A stretch of 64,000 nucleotides of DNA from an uncultured Gemmatimonadales bacterium (GCA_963816355.1 CAWFKH010000003.1:608001-672000); one strand, 5' to 3'. Shown: positions 37,440 to 47,527, numbered from the stretch's first letter. Numbers and translations: made by a program. The notes: generated from the sequence alone by a model not told the origin.

Positions 37440-38606
37440 TTACCAGGCCCCGCGTCGGCTCTCCTGCGGCGCATCGCGCGGCTCCTCGGCCGGAGCGGCA
37501 CCCCGCGGCGCCGGCTCCGCCGCGCCCGCTTCGCCGCTGTCGCTGTAGAACGGCGCCGCCAGGCCCGCCCGCGGCCTCGCCTCGGCCGCCTCGCCCTCCG
37601 CCCCCGACCTTGCGTCGGAGGCGCTCCCCGCCCCCGCCCTCGCGTCGGACGCGTCCTCCGCACCCGCCCTCGCGCCGGCCTCGTCCTCCGCACCCGCCCT
37701 CGCGCCGGCCTCGTCCTCCGCCCTCGCACCGGCGCCCCGCCCGGCGTCCGCCTTCCGCCCGCCGTCCGCCTCCCCGTCCCGCTCGGCTCCGGCGCCGAGC
37801 AGGCGGCCGCCGCGGCGCCCGCCCTGGAACACGCTGAGGAACTCCGCGACCGGGTCGCGGCGAGAGCTGCCGAGGAGCTGCCGCAGCGGGCTGTCGAGGC
37901 GCTCTCCGAGCACGCCGAACTTCTCCCGCGTCTCGGACGTGATGCCGAGCAGCGCATCCACGATCGGACCGGCGGAGCGCGTGACCTCGATCTCGCGGCG
38001 CAGCCGCTCCGTCTCGTGGCGGATGCGGTCCAGCTCGGAGTGCAGCCGCTCGACCTCGGCCGCCTTCGCCTCGCCCTCCAGCCCGAGCTGCTCGATGCGG
38101 CCCTTGATCTCCGCCTGCAGCCGCCGCCGCCGCGCCAGCTCCTCCTTCACGTCCGTGATCGGGATCGGCCCGACCGAATAGACCGCTTCGACCACCTGTT
38201 CGAGGCGCTGCGCCGCGTGCAGGTTCTTCGCGAGCTCGGAGCGCAGGCGCGCGATCTCCGCCGCCTTCTTCTGATCCTCCGACGACAGGTCCGTCATGCG
38301 ACGTCGGATCTCCTGCTCCCGCTCGTGCAACTCGCCCATCTCGTCGCGCAGCGTCATCACCCGCTCGTCCAGCCCGTTCTTCGTCTCCAGGTAGCGCTGC
38401 GTGAACTTGACCGAGTCCAGCTCCTTCAGGAACTCGACCTCCCGCTCCAGACCGGCGATCTTCTGCTCCTTCGCCCGCGCCCCCTCCTCCACCGCGGCGC
38501 GGTATTCGCGCGACGAACGGGCGCTCATCGCCCACGACAGGACTGCGGCGAGAATGGCGAGCGCGGCGATCCCCGCGCTCACGAGGATCATGGTCTGCTG
38601 GCTCAT
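37440..38606 (-). CDS. Single-TM coiled-coil protein
   Basis: N-terminal TM (ILVSAGIAALAILAAVLSWAM), long E/R/L-rich heptad region, repeat-rich disordered tail. Confidence 0.75.
   Translation of the reverse strand: MSQQTMILVSAGIAALAILAAVLSWAMSARSSREYRAAVEEGARAKEQKIAGLEREVEFLKELDSVKFTQRYLETKNGLDERVMTLRDEMGELHEREQEIRRRMTDLSSEDQKKAAEIARLRSELAKNLHAAQRLEQVVEAVYSVGPIPITDVKEELARRRRLQAEIKGRIEQLGLEGEAKAAEVERLHSELDRIRHETERLRREIEVTRSAGPIVDALLGITSETREKFGVLGERLDSPLRQLLGSSRRDPVAEFLSVFQGGRRGGRLLGAGAERDGEADGGRKADAGRGAGARAEDEAGARAGAEDEAGARAGAEDASDARAGAGSASDARSGAEGEAAEARPRAGLAAPFYSDSGEAGAAEPAPRGAAPAEEPRDAPQESRRGAW
37600..37730 (-). repeat. 30-bp in-frame tandem repeat (ARAGAEDEAG-like units)
   Basis: cctcgcgccggcctcgtcctccgcacccgc repeated with variants. 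Confidence 0.7.
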
Positions 38607-38809
38607 CGCGGCTTCCGATGCGGATGGGAATCCACTGCGCCGCCACCGCGGCGGCACGACGCACGACGTGCCCGGCTGTCCTTCACGGCCGGAAACAGTA
38701 TATTCAGCCGTCGGGCATGGAGTGGATGGGTGGGTCGATTCTCGTCTTCCGGAAACTAAACCGAACGCGACGTGGCACAAGGGTCGACGGCAGCCGTGGC
38801 CGCTCGCCG

Positions 38810-40843
38810 ATGAGCGCCCGCGATCGGACGCAGGGCCGCTCCCGCGCGGCAGCGGCCGAGAGCGCGCCCGCCCTCTCCCCGGAGGAGTGGGCCGAGCGCT
38901 TCGCGCAACGCGACAGCCTCATGGTCGTCGGCTCCGACGACCGCTCCGTCGCCCTCATCCGCAGCGGCCCCGGCGGCGACGCCGAGACCGTCCGCGTCGA
39001 ACCCGCACAGAAGGCCGCCGTCGCCGCCCTCGCCCTCGCCGGCGAGCCGTTCGGCTTCGCCTGGCGCGATTACGATGACGAGATCGCGATCGCGACGCTC
39101 CTCGACGCCTACGCCGCCGGGATCCCGCTCGCGCGCCTGCCCGAGCCGTTCCACGACGCCCTCGATGGCGCGCTCCGCCGCCGCCCCTCGCTCGCACGCC
39201 GCCTCGCCGCGCTCCTCCCCCCGCGCCCCGCCGGCGAGCCCGCAGCCGAGCTGCCCCCGCTGGCCGCGACGCCGTTCGACGAGGAGACGTCGCAGGATGC
39301 GCCCCCCGCGACCGCCGGCAACTCCCTCGAGGAGCTCTACCGCGCCATCTTCGAGCAGGCCCGCGCCGCCGTCGACCTCGACACCTTCTTCATCGCGTTC
39401 TACGACGTGGCCTCCGACACCGCCAGCGTGGTCTACTTCGCCGCCGCCGGCCGCGAGATCGCCATGCGCGTCGCCTACCGCGGCTCCGAGAGCGCCGCCG
39501 TCCGCGAGCGCCGGGCCGTCCTCCTCACCGCCGCCGATCCCGCCCTCGCCATCCTCAGCCTCGCCGCCGGCGAGGGCGGCGCCGGCCACGGCATCTGCGC
39601 CCCCGTCTTCTCCGACGACACGCTCGCCGCCCTCATCGGCGCGCAGCGGGCCGCGCCCGAGCCCTACACCGCCCGCGACCTCGACCTCTTCGCCGCCGTC
39701 GCCGGCCTCGCGGGCGTCGCCCTCTCCTCCACCGCACGCGTCCGCGACGCCGAGCGCCGCCGCGTCAGCATGGAGCTGCTCCAGCAGGTCGCCAGCTCCC
39801 TCGGCGCCACCCTCGAGCTCCCCGCCATCATCGACCGCGCCGCCTCCGCCGCGCGCCGCCTCATGGAGGCCGAGTCCGCCGCCATCCTGCTCTTCGACCC
39901 CGCTTCGATCGGCGCCCCGCCCGCCGGCCCCGACGCCGACGTCCCGCCGGCGAACGGCGCCACCGCGCCGGCGAACGGCGGCGCCGCGCCGACGAACGGC
40001 GCCACCGCCTCCGCCGCGCACGGCCTGGAAGTCGTCTCCACCAGCGGCACCTCCGTATTCCACATCGGCGAGGTGGTCGAGATCGGCCGCGCGCTGGAGC
40101 ACGTGCTGTTCGAGGAGCGAAGCGGCTTCATCGAGGCCGACGCCGCCGCCGCCGAACGGCTGCCGCCAGCCGTCTGCGAACGCCTCGCCGACAGCTCGCT
40201 CGTCGCCGCGCCGCTCGCCGGCCCCGAAGGCCCGCTCGGTCTCGTCGTCGCGTGCCGCTCCCGTCCCCTCGCCTTCGTCGACGACGACCGCGCCCTCCTC
40301 GAGCGTCTCGCGCTCCACGTCGCCAACGCCATCGAGAACGCGCGCCTGCTCGAGCAGATCCGCCGCCTCTCGCTCACCGATCCGCTCACCGGCCTGCCCA
40401 ACCGGCGCCAGATGGAGCTCGTGCTGCAGCGCGAGTTCGCCGCCGCCCGCCGCGGCCGCAACCTCGCCGTGCTCCTCTTCGACCTCGACCGCTTCAAGCA
40501 CTACAACGACACCCGCGGCCATCAGGCCGGCGACCGCCTGCTCCAGGCCTTTGGCGAGCTGCTCGCCGGCGAGACCCGCGCCTTCGACCTCGCCGCCCGT
40601 TACGGCGGCGACGAATTCCTCGCCATCCTCTCCGACGCCGACGCCCAGGGCGCCGAGGCCCACGCCGCCCGCGTCCGCGAAGCCGTCGCCCACCACCCGC
40701 TCCTCAAGGAGATCGGCGTCACCGCCGGCATCGCGCTCTTCGAGCCCGGCATGACCTCCGCCGACGACCTCGTCCTCGCCGCCGACGAGGAGCTCTACCG
40801 CCGCAAGGGCGAGCGCACGGGGCGGCGGGTCCGCGGCCACTGA
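38810..40843 (+). CDS. GAF-GAF-GGDEF diguanylate cyclase
   Basis: Two GAF-like domains (TFFIAFYD..ICAPV..YTARDLDLF; LELPAII..LVAAPL..FVDDDRALLERLA..AIENARL); TDPLTGLPNRR, DLDRFKHYNDTRGHQAGD, RAFD I-site, RYGGDEF. Confidence 0.9.
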   Translation: MSARDRTQGRSRAAAAESAPALSPEEWAERFAQRDSLMVVGSDDRSVALIRSGPGGDAETVRVEPAQKAAVAALALAGEPFGFAWRDYDDEIAIATLLDAYAAGIPLARLPEPFHDALDGALRRRPSLARRLAALLPPRPAGEPAAELPPLAATPFDEETSQDAPPATAGNSLEELYRAIFEQARAAVDLDTFFIAFYDVASDTASVVYFAAAGREIAMRVAYRGSESAAVRERRAVLLTAADPALAILSLAAGEGGAGHGICAPVFSDDTLAALIGAQRAAPEPYTARDLDLFAAVAGLAGVALSSTARVRDAERRRVSMELLQQVASSLGATLELPAIIDRAASAARRLMEAESAAILLFDPASIGAPPAGPDADVPPANGATAPANGGAAPTNGATASAAHGLEVVSTSGTSVFHIGEVVEIGRALEHVLFEERSGFIEADAAAAERLPPAVCERLADSSLVAAPLAGPEGPLGLVVACRSRPLAFVDDDRALLERLALHVANAIENARLLEQIRRLSLTDPLTGLPNRRQMELVLQREFAAARRGRNLAVLLFDLDRFKHYNDTRGHQAGDRLLQAFGELLAGETRAFDLAARYGGDEFLAILSDADAQGAEAHAARVREAVAHHPLLKEIGVTAGIALFEPGMTSADDLVLAADEELYRRKGERTGRRVRGH

Positions 40844-41022
40844 CGCTCGCTGCGCGAACTGGCGTTCGCTCCGCGAGGGAAGCTCGCTGCGCTAGGGAAG
40901 CCGCGCTTCGCGCGGGGAAGCTCGCTTCGCGAGGGAAGCCTGCTGCGCAGGGGGCCCGCTTCGCGGGGGAAGCTCGCTTCGCAGGGGGCCCGCTTCGCGG
41001 GGGAAGCTCGCTTCGCGAGGGA
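40844..41022 (+). repeat. Stem-loop tandem array A (GGAAG + ctcgc-ttc-gcgag type hairpins)
   Basis: Repeated gggaagctcgcttcgcga and gggcccgcttcgcggg units directly after TGA 40843. Confidence 0.8.
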
Positions 41023-41097
41023 GGCGCGCGGGGGCTGCCTGCTGCAGCGCACCTTCGCTCTCGTCTCGCGCGCATGCGCGCTCGCCTCGCGCGCGGC

Positions 41098-41126
41098 TTG
41101 CCGCCGCCGCCCTCTCTCCCGATATT
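41098..41126 (+). promoter_or_regulatory. Putative sigma70 promoter giving a leaderless mRNA for the 41134 gene
   Basis: TTGCCG-N17-GATATT; ATG 7 nt after the -10 box; no RBS. Confidence 0.45.
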
Positions 41127-41133
41127 CGCCCCC

Positions 41134-41472
41134 ATGACGGCTCCCCGGCTCGATGACCTCCGTATACTCACGGTTGCGTTCGACGCGATCCCGGTGACGG
41201 CGCGCGCGGAGGCGCTCTCCATCGCGGAGCGCGCGGGCAGGGAGGCGGCCGAGGCGGATCCGCCGGACGCTGCCGATGCCCCGGACGTCCTCGATCCCTT
41301 CGAGTACCAGCTTCGGGTCGTGGAGCCCGCTTTTGCCCGCGGCGCCGTCGCGGCTCTCGACGCCGAGCGCTGGCGCGTCCGCTGCTTCACTCCGGGCGAC
41401 GCGACGCGCGATCCCCGCGTCACCGCCTTCTTCCTCGGCTGGAGCACGCATCGCCGCCGCGTTGCGCCGTAA
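41134..41472 (+). CDS. Hypothetical protein (112 aa)
   Basis: MTAPRLDDLRILTVAFDAIP..FEYQLRVVEPAF..WRVRCFTPG..AFFLGW; protein-like composition, promoter upstream. Confidence 0.55.
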   Translation: MTAPRLDDLRILTVAFDAIPVTARAEALSIAERAGREAAEADPPDAADAPDVLDPFEYQLRVVEPAFARGAVAALDAERWRVRCFTPGDATRDPRVTAFFLGWSTHRRRVAP

Positions 41473-41560
41473 CAACCCCTTTTCGCACCCTTCAGCGCGT
41501 TTCCGATGTTTCCGCCCGGCGGAGATCGCCGCCGCGTTGCGCCGTAACACTTCTTTTCGG
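41450..41560 (+). repeat. 25-bp exact direct repeat, 75 bp apart
   Basis: atcgccgccgcgttgcgccgtaaca at 41450 and 41525, each followed a few bases later by cttttcg. Confidence 0.75.
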
Positions 41561-41726
41561 ACGCCCGCAACGATTCATTGCGCCGGCCTCCCGCGTCGCG
41601 CGAATGAAACCGCCTAAGACGTTGTGGCATAAATCTTTGCGTGGATGAACGCGCGCTGGTACACCGCTTGCCCCCTGCTGCGCTCGCATTCTGTCTCCGA
41701 GACAGCGAGAGAGGGCAGCGACGCCG

Positions 41727-42881
41727 ATGAATCCGGAACAGCGCAAGTCCGCCCGGATCCTCGTCGTCGACGACGAGCTGGCGAACATCCGACTCCTCGA
41801 GAGGATCCTCGCGGATGCCGGATACGTGAGCTTGCGTACGACGACGGATCCGCGGGAGGTCCTCGCTCTCTTCACCGCGGAGAGCCCGGACCTGGTCGTG
41901 CTGGACCTGCACATGCCGGGGATGGACGGGTTCGACGTGATGGCGGAGCTGTTGCCCTGGGTGCCGGCGGACGCCTACCTGCCGATCCTCGTCCTGACCG
42001 GTGACCTCGACTCCGAAGTGAAGGAGCGGGCGCTCGCGAGCGGAGCGAAGGATTTTCTCCACAAGCCGTTCAGCTCGTCCGAGGTCCTGCTCCGCATCCA
42101 CAATCTGCTCGAGACGCGCTTCCTGCACCGCCAGCTCAAGCTGCACAACGACGTCCTGGAGCATCGGGTCCGGGAGCGCACCGAGCAGCTCGAGGAGGCG
42201 CGGCTGGAGATCCTGGAGCGGCTCGCACGGGCGGCGGAGTTCCGCGACGACAGCACGGGCGAGCACACGCGGCGCGTGGGCCGGCTCTCCGGCGAGGTCG
42301 CGCTCGCGCTCGGCATGCCGCGCTCGCAGGCGGAGCTGATCGAGCGCGCGGCACCCCTTCACGACATCGGCAAGATCGGCATTCCGGATGGCATTCTGCT
42401 CAAGCCCGGCTCGCTCACGCCGAAGGAGCGCGACGTGATGCGCTCCCACACCACGATCGGCGCCACCATCCTTTCCGGCAGCAACGTGCCGCTGCTGCAG
42501 CTCGCCGCATCGATCGCGCTCACGCACCACGAGCGCTGGGACGGCCGCGGCTATCCGGAGGGGGTGCCCGGAGATGCGATCCCGACGGTCGGCCGCATCA
42601 TCGCCGTCGTCGACGTATTCGACGCACTCACGCACGACCGTCCCTACAAGTCCGCCTGGTCGGTCGAGGACGCGGTCCGCGAGATCACTTCGCAGTCCGG
42701 CCAGCAGTTCGATCCCGTCATCGTCGACGCGTTCCTGCGCGTCCTCGCGAGGGCCGCCGTGCCCGGCCGGTCGGGATTCGACGGCGCGAGCCTGGAAGCC
42801 GGCGCGAGCCTGGAAGCCGGCGGGCGCCGTGAGGCCGGCGGGCGCCGCGAGCCCACGGCTGGCCGCGAGGCGACCGCGTGA
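41727..42881 (+). CDS. REC + HD-GYP c-di-GMP phosphodiesterase (RpfG-like), paralog of the 32565 gene
   Basis: [66 protein letters not shown]. Confidence 0.93.
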   Translation: MNPEQRKSARILVVDDELANIRLLERILADAGYVSLRTTTDPREVLALFTAESPDLVVLDLHMPGMDGFDVMAELLPWVPADAYLPILVLTGDLDSEVKERALASGAKDFLHKPFSSSEVLLRIHNLLETRFLHRQLKLHNDVLEHRVRERTEQLEEARLEILERLARAAEFRDDSTGEHTRRVGRLSGEVALALGMPRSQAELIERAAPLHDIGKIGIPDGILLKPGSLTPKERDVMRSHTTIGATILSGSNVPLLQLAASIALTHHERWDGRGYPEGVPGDAIPTVGRIIAVVDVFDALTHDRPYKSAWSVEDAVREITSQSGQQFDPVIVDAFLRVLARAAVPGRSGFDGASLEAGASLEAGGRREAGGRREPTAGREATA

Positions 42882-45511
42882 AGTCGGCTCTGCAGACGGC
42901 GCTCGATGCGATTCGGGCTGCCGTCGTCGCCGCCTTCGAGCCGGGGCCGCTCGACGTCGCGGGTCCGGCGGCGCGCCACGAGGATCTGTTGCGCGGCGCC
43001 GAGGCGCCCGCGGCGGAGGAGGGCGCCGCCGTCGTGTCGCGCTTCGGATGGCGGCAGCTCGCCGGCCCGCTGGCGACGGTCGTCGCGCTCGCGGCCCTCG
43101 AGGTCTCGCTGCGTGCCGGGCTGCCGATCGGGCCGGCCGCCGCCGCGGCGCTGCTGCTCGTCTTCCTCTCCGCGCTCGTCGGCGGCCTCTTCGCGGGGCT
43201 GCTCGCGGCCGCGCTGATGGCGGTCCACCTCACCTACTTCCTGCTCGTTCCCGGCCGCATCGCGTACGCCGGTCAGCTCCGGCCGTTCGTCGTCCTGCTC
43301 GTCGTCGCGCCCACGCTCGCGCTGCTGCCCGGTCGGCTGCGCCGCTGGTGGCACGACTTCCTCCGCGAGGGTGGCGCCAAGACCGACGACGGCGCGCTCG
43401 ACGCCACGTTCCTGGCCGAGACGAGCGCGCTGCTCGACACCTCGATCGGCTACCGCCGCACGCTCGCGAAGATCTCGGAGCTCGCCGTTCCCACGCTCGC
43501 GGACTGGATCGCGCTCTACGTCGTCGGCGAGGAGGGCGTCCCGGTTCGCGAGGTCGTCGCCCACTCCGATCCCGCCGCTGGCGAGCTGCTCGCGCGCGTC
43601 TTCGGCGATGCGCCGCTGACGCTCAATCAGCGGCACCCGCTCGTCGGCGTCGACGAGGTCCTCGAGAAGCGCGCCGCGACGTTCATCGAGACCGGCGACC
43701 ACACGCGCCTCGCGCCGTACGCGCGCAACCAGGAGGAGCGCGCCTGGCTGCGCCGTCTCACGCCGACGGCGCTCATCGGCGTTCCGCTGTTGGCGCGCGG
43801 GCGGCTCATCGGCGCCATGGTCTTCGCGCGCGTCGCCGTCGAGGAGAACGTCGAGCCGCTTCCGTTCCGGCCGCACGACCTCGCGCTCGCCGAGGAGTTC
43901 TGCCGCCGCGCCGCCCTCGCCGCCGACACCGCGCGCCTCTACGACACCGCCATCGAGGCACGACGCGAGGCGGAGAACGCGAGCGAGCGCGTCGTCAACA
44001 TCCTGGAGAGCATCTCGGACGGCTTCATGGCGCTCGACCGCGACTGGTGCTTCACCTACGTCAACGGCGAGGCGGAACGCCTGCTCGGCCGCTCGCGCGC
44101 GGACCTGATCGGCACCAACATCTGGCGCCAGTTCCCGCGCAGCGTCGGCACCGTCTTCTACCGCGCCTACAACGAGGCCGCCACGACCCAGACGGCGACC
44201 CATTTCGAGGCGGAAGCGCAGTGGTCGGGCGACTTCATCTGGGTCGAGGTCCACGCGTTCCCGTCGAAGGACGGCCTCTCGGTCTACTTCCGCGACATCT
44301 CCTCCCGCAAGGCGGTCGAGGACGCGCTCAAGCGCAGCGAGGAGCAGTTGCGCCACTCGCAGAAGATGGAGGCGGTCGGCCGCCTCGCCGGCGGCGTCGC
44401 CCACGACTTCAACAACCTGCTCACTTCGATCGCCGGCCACACCGAGCTGCTGCTGCGCAAGGCGGAGCCGGGCAGCGAGCTCGAGGAGGACCTGCGCGAG
44501 ATCCAGCGCTCGGCCGGCCGCGCCGGCGACCTCACGCGCCAGCTCCTCGCCTTCGGCCGCCGCCAGGTCCACGCGCCTCAGGTCCTCGACCTCAACGGCG
44601 TCGTCCGCGACCTGGAGAAGATGCTGCGGCGCCTGATCGGCGAGAACATCGTGCTCGAGACGAACCTGCTTGCGGACATCCCGGCGATCAGCGCCGATCC
44701 GGGCCAGCTCGAACAGGTGATCATGAACCTCGTCGTCAACGCGCGCGACGCGATGGCCGGCGGGGGCATGCTCTCGATCGAGACCTCCACCATCGAGCTG
44801 GAGCAGGACGCGCTCGGCAACTTCACCGACACCGTGCAGGCGGGCGCCTACGTCGTCCTATCCCTCACCGACACCGGCACCGGCATCAAGCAGGACACCC
44901 TCTCCCACATCTTCGAGCCGTTCTTCACCACCAAGGACAAGGGGAAGGGAACCGGCCTCGGTCTCGCCACCGTCTACGGCATCGTCAAGCAGGGGAACGG
45001 CAACATCGCCGTCTACACGCGGCCGGGGAAGGGAACCCGCTTCGAGATCTACTTCCCCGTCGCCGGCGCGCCGCTCGCCCGTCCCGAGCCGCGCCACGCG
45101 CCGGAGCCGCGCGAGGAGATCCCCGCCGGCGAGGGCACCATCCTCGTCGCCGAGGACGAGGCCGCCGTGCGCAACTTCGTCTGCAAGGTCCTGCGCGAGC
45201 GCGGCTTCACCGTCCTCGAAGCCGCCGACGGCGTCGAGGCGCTCGACATCGCCGCCGCGCACGCGGCGCCGATCCAGATGCTGCTCAGCGACGTCGTCAT
45301 GCCCGAGATGGGCGGCCGCGAGCTCGCCGGGCGGCTCGGCCGCCTGCGGCCCGACATGAAGATCGTGTTCATGTCCGGCTACGCCGAGAACGAGATCGTC
45401 CACCAGGGCGCCCTCGACGAGGGCACGAACCTGATCGAGAAGCCGTTCTCCGCCGGCACCCTCGCCCGCCGCGTCCTCGACGCCCTTTCCGAAGACGGGG
45501 TGCCGGCATGA
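42878..45511 (+). CDS. Hybrid sensor histidine kinase (TM-GAF-PAS-HisKA-HATPase-REC)
   Basis: [93 protein letters not shown]. Confidence 0.93.
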   Translation: MKSALQTALDAIRAAVVAAFEPGPLDVAGPAARHEDLLRGAEAPAAEEGAAVVSRFGWRQLAGPLATVVALAALEVSLRAGLPIGPAAAAALLLVFLSALVGGLFAGLLAAALMAVHLTYFLLVPGRIAYAGQLRPFVVLLVVAPTLALLPGRLRRWWHDFLREGGAKTDDGALDATFLAETSALLDTSIGYRRTLAKISELAVPTLADWIALYVVGEEGVPVREVVAHSDPAAGELLARVFGDAPLTLNQRHPLVGVDEVLEKRAATFIETGDHTRLAPYARNQEERAWLRRLTPTALIGVPLLARGRLIGAMVFARVAVEENVEPLPFRPHDLALAEEFCRRAALAADTARLYDTAIEARREAENASERVVNILESISDGFMALDRDWCFTYVNGEAERLLGRSRADLIGTNIWRQFPRSVGTVFYRAYNEAATTQTATHFEAEAQWSGDFIWVEVHAFPSKDGLSVYFRDISSRKAVEDALKRSEEQLRHSQKMEAVGRLAGGVAHDFNNLLTSIAGHTELLLRKAEPGSELEEDLREIQRSAGRAGDLTRQLLAFGRRQVHAPQVLDLNGVVRDLEKMLRRLIGENIVLETNLLADIPAISADPGQLEQVIMNLVVNARDAMAGGGMLSIETSTIELEQDALGNFTDTVQAGAYVVLSLTDTGTGIKQDTLSHIFEPFFTTKDKGKGTGLGLATVYGIVKQGNGNIAVYTRPGKGTRFEIYFPVAGAPLARPEPRHAPEPREEIPAGEGTILVAEDEAAVRNFVCKVLRERGFTVLEAADGVEALDIAAAHAAPIQMLLSDVVMPEMGGRELAGRLGRLRPDMKIVFMSGYAENEIVHQGALDEGTNLIEKPFSAGTLARRVLDALSEDGVPA

Positions 45512-45555
45512 GGCGCGCTGCGGGCGCGACGGCCGCTGCGCGGAGCCCGACACTC

Positions 45556-45585
45556 TTGACACCGTTCATGGCCCGGCTGAATACT
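45556..45585 (+). promoter_or_regulatory. Putative sigma70 promoter of the 45665 gene
   Basis: TTGACA-N18-AATACT. Confidence 0.4.
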
Positions 45586-45664
45586 GGGAGCACCTCCCTG
45601 TCGTTCGGCGCGACGCTTCTGTCGTCGCCGCTGCCCCCTGTCCATACTCACCGATGAGGATCGC

Positions 45665-45847
45665 ATGAATCAGGATGAGGACATCCAGGCCGTGCCCGGC
45701 CGCTACGGCTGGTTCCGCACGCTCGCGCCGATCATCGTCGGCGCCGTGGCGTGCTGGCTGCTGATCGACGCGCAGCGCCCCCTGGCGGGGATCCTCCTGC
45801 TCGCGGCCTCGATCGGCGTCGCCGTGATGCTCAGGCTCAAGGCCTGA
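45665..45847 (+). CDS. Small 2-TM membrane protein (60 aa)
   Basis: GAGG RBS; two hydrophobic helices; GC3-rich codons. Confidence 0.65.
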   Translation: MNQDEDIQAVPGRYGWFRTLAPIIVGAVACWLLIDAQRPLAGILLLAASIGVAVMLRLKA

Positions 45848-45872
45848 TCTCTCAGGCCGTCCCGGCGCCACG

Positions 45873-46070
45873 GTGCACCTGCTCGCCTCGCTCCAGGCCC
45901 TCCTCGAGTACGGCACCGCCACGAACTCGATCGGCGGCGGCATGGTCGCCAACCTCCGGGAGGGCGCCCACAAGGTCTACGCGCTCGGTGCCGCCCACAT
46001 CGAGGTCATCGTCGGCATCGCGCTCGCTCTGCTCCTCGTCTGGAGCCTGAGCGTGCAGCGCAGCCGCTGA
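45873..46070 (+). CDS. Small membrane protein (65 aa)
   Basis: GC3-rich codons; C-terminal TM IEVIVGIALALLLVWSL; start uncertain. Confidence 0.55.
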   Translation: MHLLASLQALLEYGTATNSIGGGMVANLREGAHKVYALGAAHIEVIVGIALALLLVWSLSVQRSR

Positions 46071-46096
46071 GCTGCTCCAGACGGCAGGACGCAACC

Positions 46097-47158
46097 ATGG
46101 ATTGGAAGCCCGCGCGACGCCGCGCACGCCGGACCCCGACCGCCGCGATGGACGCGGCCGCGCCGCACGAGCGCGAGCCGCACGCGAACGCGCCGCACGC
46201 GAACGCGTCGCACGAGCGCGAGCCGCACATCGCGCCGCCGGCCGGACAGGCGCCGCACGCGTCGCAGCCGAGCGCCGTGTGGATGATGGGCGCGCCGACG
46301 ATCCCGCTGCGCAGCCTGGTGCTCGCTTTTTCGTGCCTCCTGATCCCGGTCATCGCGACCGTGTACTTTCCGGAGAGCGCCGACGAGTACCAGATGCTGC
46401 TCTGGCTGCTCGCGCTGGTTCCCGCGTTCCTGCTTGCGTACTACCGCGGCTGGGCCGGCGTCGCGACCGCGCTGGGCGCCGGCATGGCCGTCATGTCGCT
46501 CGCGCAGGCCGCGCTCCTGCTCACCGGCCGCCACGTCCCGGACTGGCCGCTGCTCTTCGCCTTCGTCAGCGCCTACATCCTGATCGCGCTCGGCCTCGGC
46601 CTCTTCTCGGAGATGCTGCATCGCGAGCGCGAGCGCGCCGAGCGCCTCGCGCTCAGCGACGAGCTCACCGGCACGCCCAACCGCCGCTACCTCCGCCTCT
46701 TCCTCGACACGGAGTTCGCCGCCGCGCGGCGCGGCCGCCGCCTCGTCGTCGTGCTCTTCGACCTCGACGCCTTCAAGAGCTTCAACGACCACTGGGGTCA
46801 CGCCGCGGGCGACGAAGCGCTCGTCGTCTTCTCGCGCGCCCTCGTGCGCCACACCCGCGCCATGAACCTCGCCGGCCGTTACGGCGGCGAGGAGTTCCTC
46901 GCGATCCTCTCCGCATCCGACGTCGCCGGAGCCCTCGTCTTCGTCGACCGCGTGACGCACGAGCTGCGACGCGCGCGCGGCGACCTCGGCGATCTGCTCA
47001 CCGTCAGCGCGGGTGTCGCCGCATACCGGCCGGAGATGGCCGGCGTCGCCGAGCTGCTCGAGTCCGCCGACCGTGCGCTCTACGCGGCCAAGCGCGCGGG
47101 CGGCGACACGGCGCGGGTGTTCCAGGGCGGCGGACGTTCTCTCGAGACGATTGCGTAG
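46097..47158 (+). CDS. Membrane diguanylate cyclase (4TM-GGEEF)
   Basis: 4 TM; SDELTGTPNRR, DLDAFKSFNDHWGHAAGD, RYGGEEF, ADRALYAAKRAG; true start may be downstream (46148 or ~46283). Confidence 0.9.
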   Translation: MDWKPARRRARRTPTAAMDAAAPHEREPHANAPHANASHEREPHIAPPAGQAPHASQPSAVWMMGAPTIPLRSLVLAFSCLLIPVIATVYFPESADEYQMLLWLLALVPAFLLAYYRGWAGVATALGAGMAVMSLAQAALLLTGRHVPDWPLLFAFVSAYILIALGLGLFSEMLHRERERAERLALSDELTGTPNRRYLRLFLDTEFAAARRGRRLVVVLFDLDAFKSFNDHWGHAAGDEALVVFSRALVRHTRAMNLAGRYGGEEFLAILSASDVAGALVFVDRVTHELRRARGDLGDLLTVSAGVAAYRPEMAGVAELLESADRALYAAKRAGGDTARVFQGGGRSLETIA

Positions 47159-47180
47159 GACGGCGAGGACACGAGGAGCA

Positions 47181-47202
47181 CGGCGGGTGGGGCCACCCGC
47201 CG
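47181..47202. terminator. Hairpin between convergent genes
   Basis: cggcgggtgg-gg-ccacccgccg. Confidence 0.4.
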
Positions 47203-47215
47203 CGTCCCCGTCGCT

Positions 47216-47527
47216 TCACTGCGGGTGTTCGGTCTCCTGCGCGATCCACTTCCACAAGGCGTCGGTCGGCCCGAGCCCGAGCGCGAGCGGGGTGCCGAGC
47301 ACGATGGCGTAGTAGACGAACGCCTTCGCGATGTTGCCGGTGCCCGCCAGGATCGACAGGCCGGCGACGACCGCCACGAGCAGCAGGATCGCGTGGCGGT
47401 AGGTCTTCTGCAGATCGCGCGATCGTTCCTTCAGGACATAGCCGACGAGCCACGCCACGAAGATGCCCCCGGAGATCAGGAGCATCTGCAGTGCGCTGAT
47501 GAAGCCGGACCAGATGCTGGCGATCAT
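47216..47527 (-). CDS. Small 3-TM membrane protein
   Basis: AAGGAG RBS; three hydrophobic segments; GC3-rich codons. Confidence 0.7.
   Translation of the reverse strand: MIASIWSGFISALQMLLISGGIFVAWLVGYVLKERSRDLQKTYRHAILLLVAVVAGLSILAGTGNIAKAFVYYAIVLGTPLALGLGPTDALWKWIAQETEHPQ

Noticed and set aside
41625..41640. sigma54 promoter TGGCATAAATCTTTGC
   Set aside because: GG-to-GC spacing is 11 nt rather than the required 10
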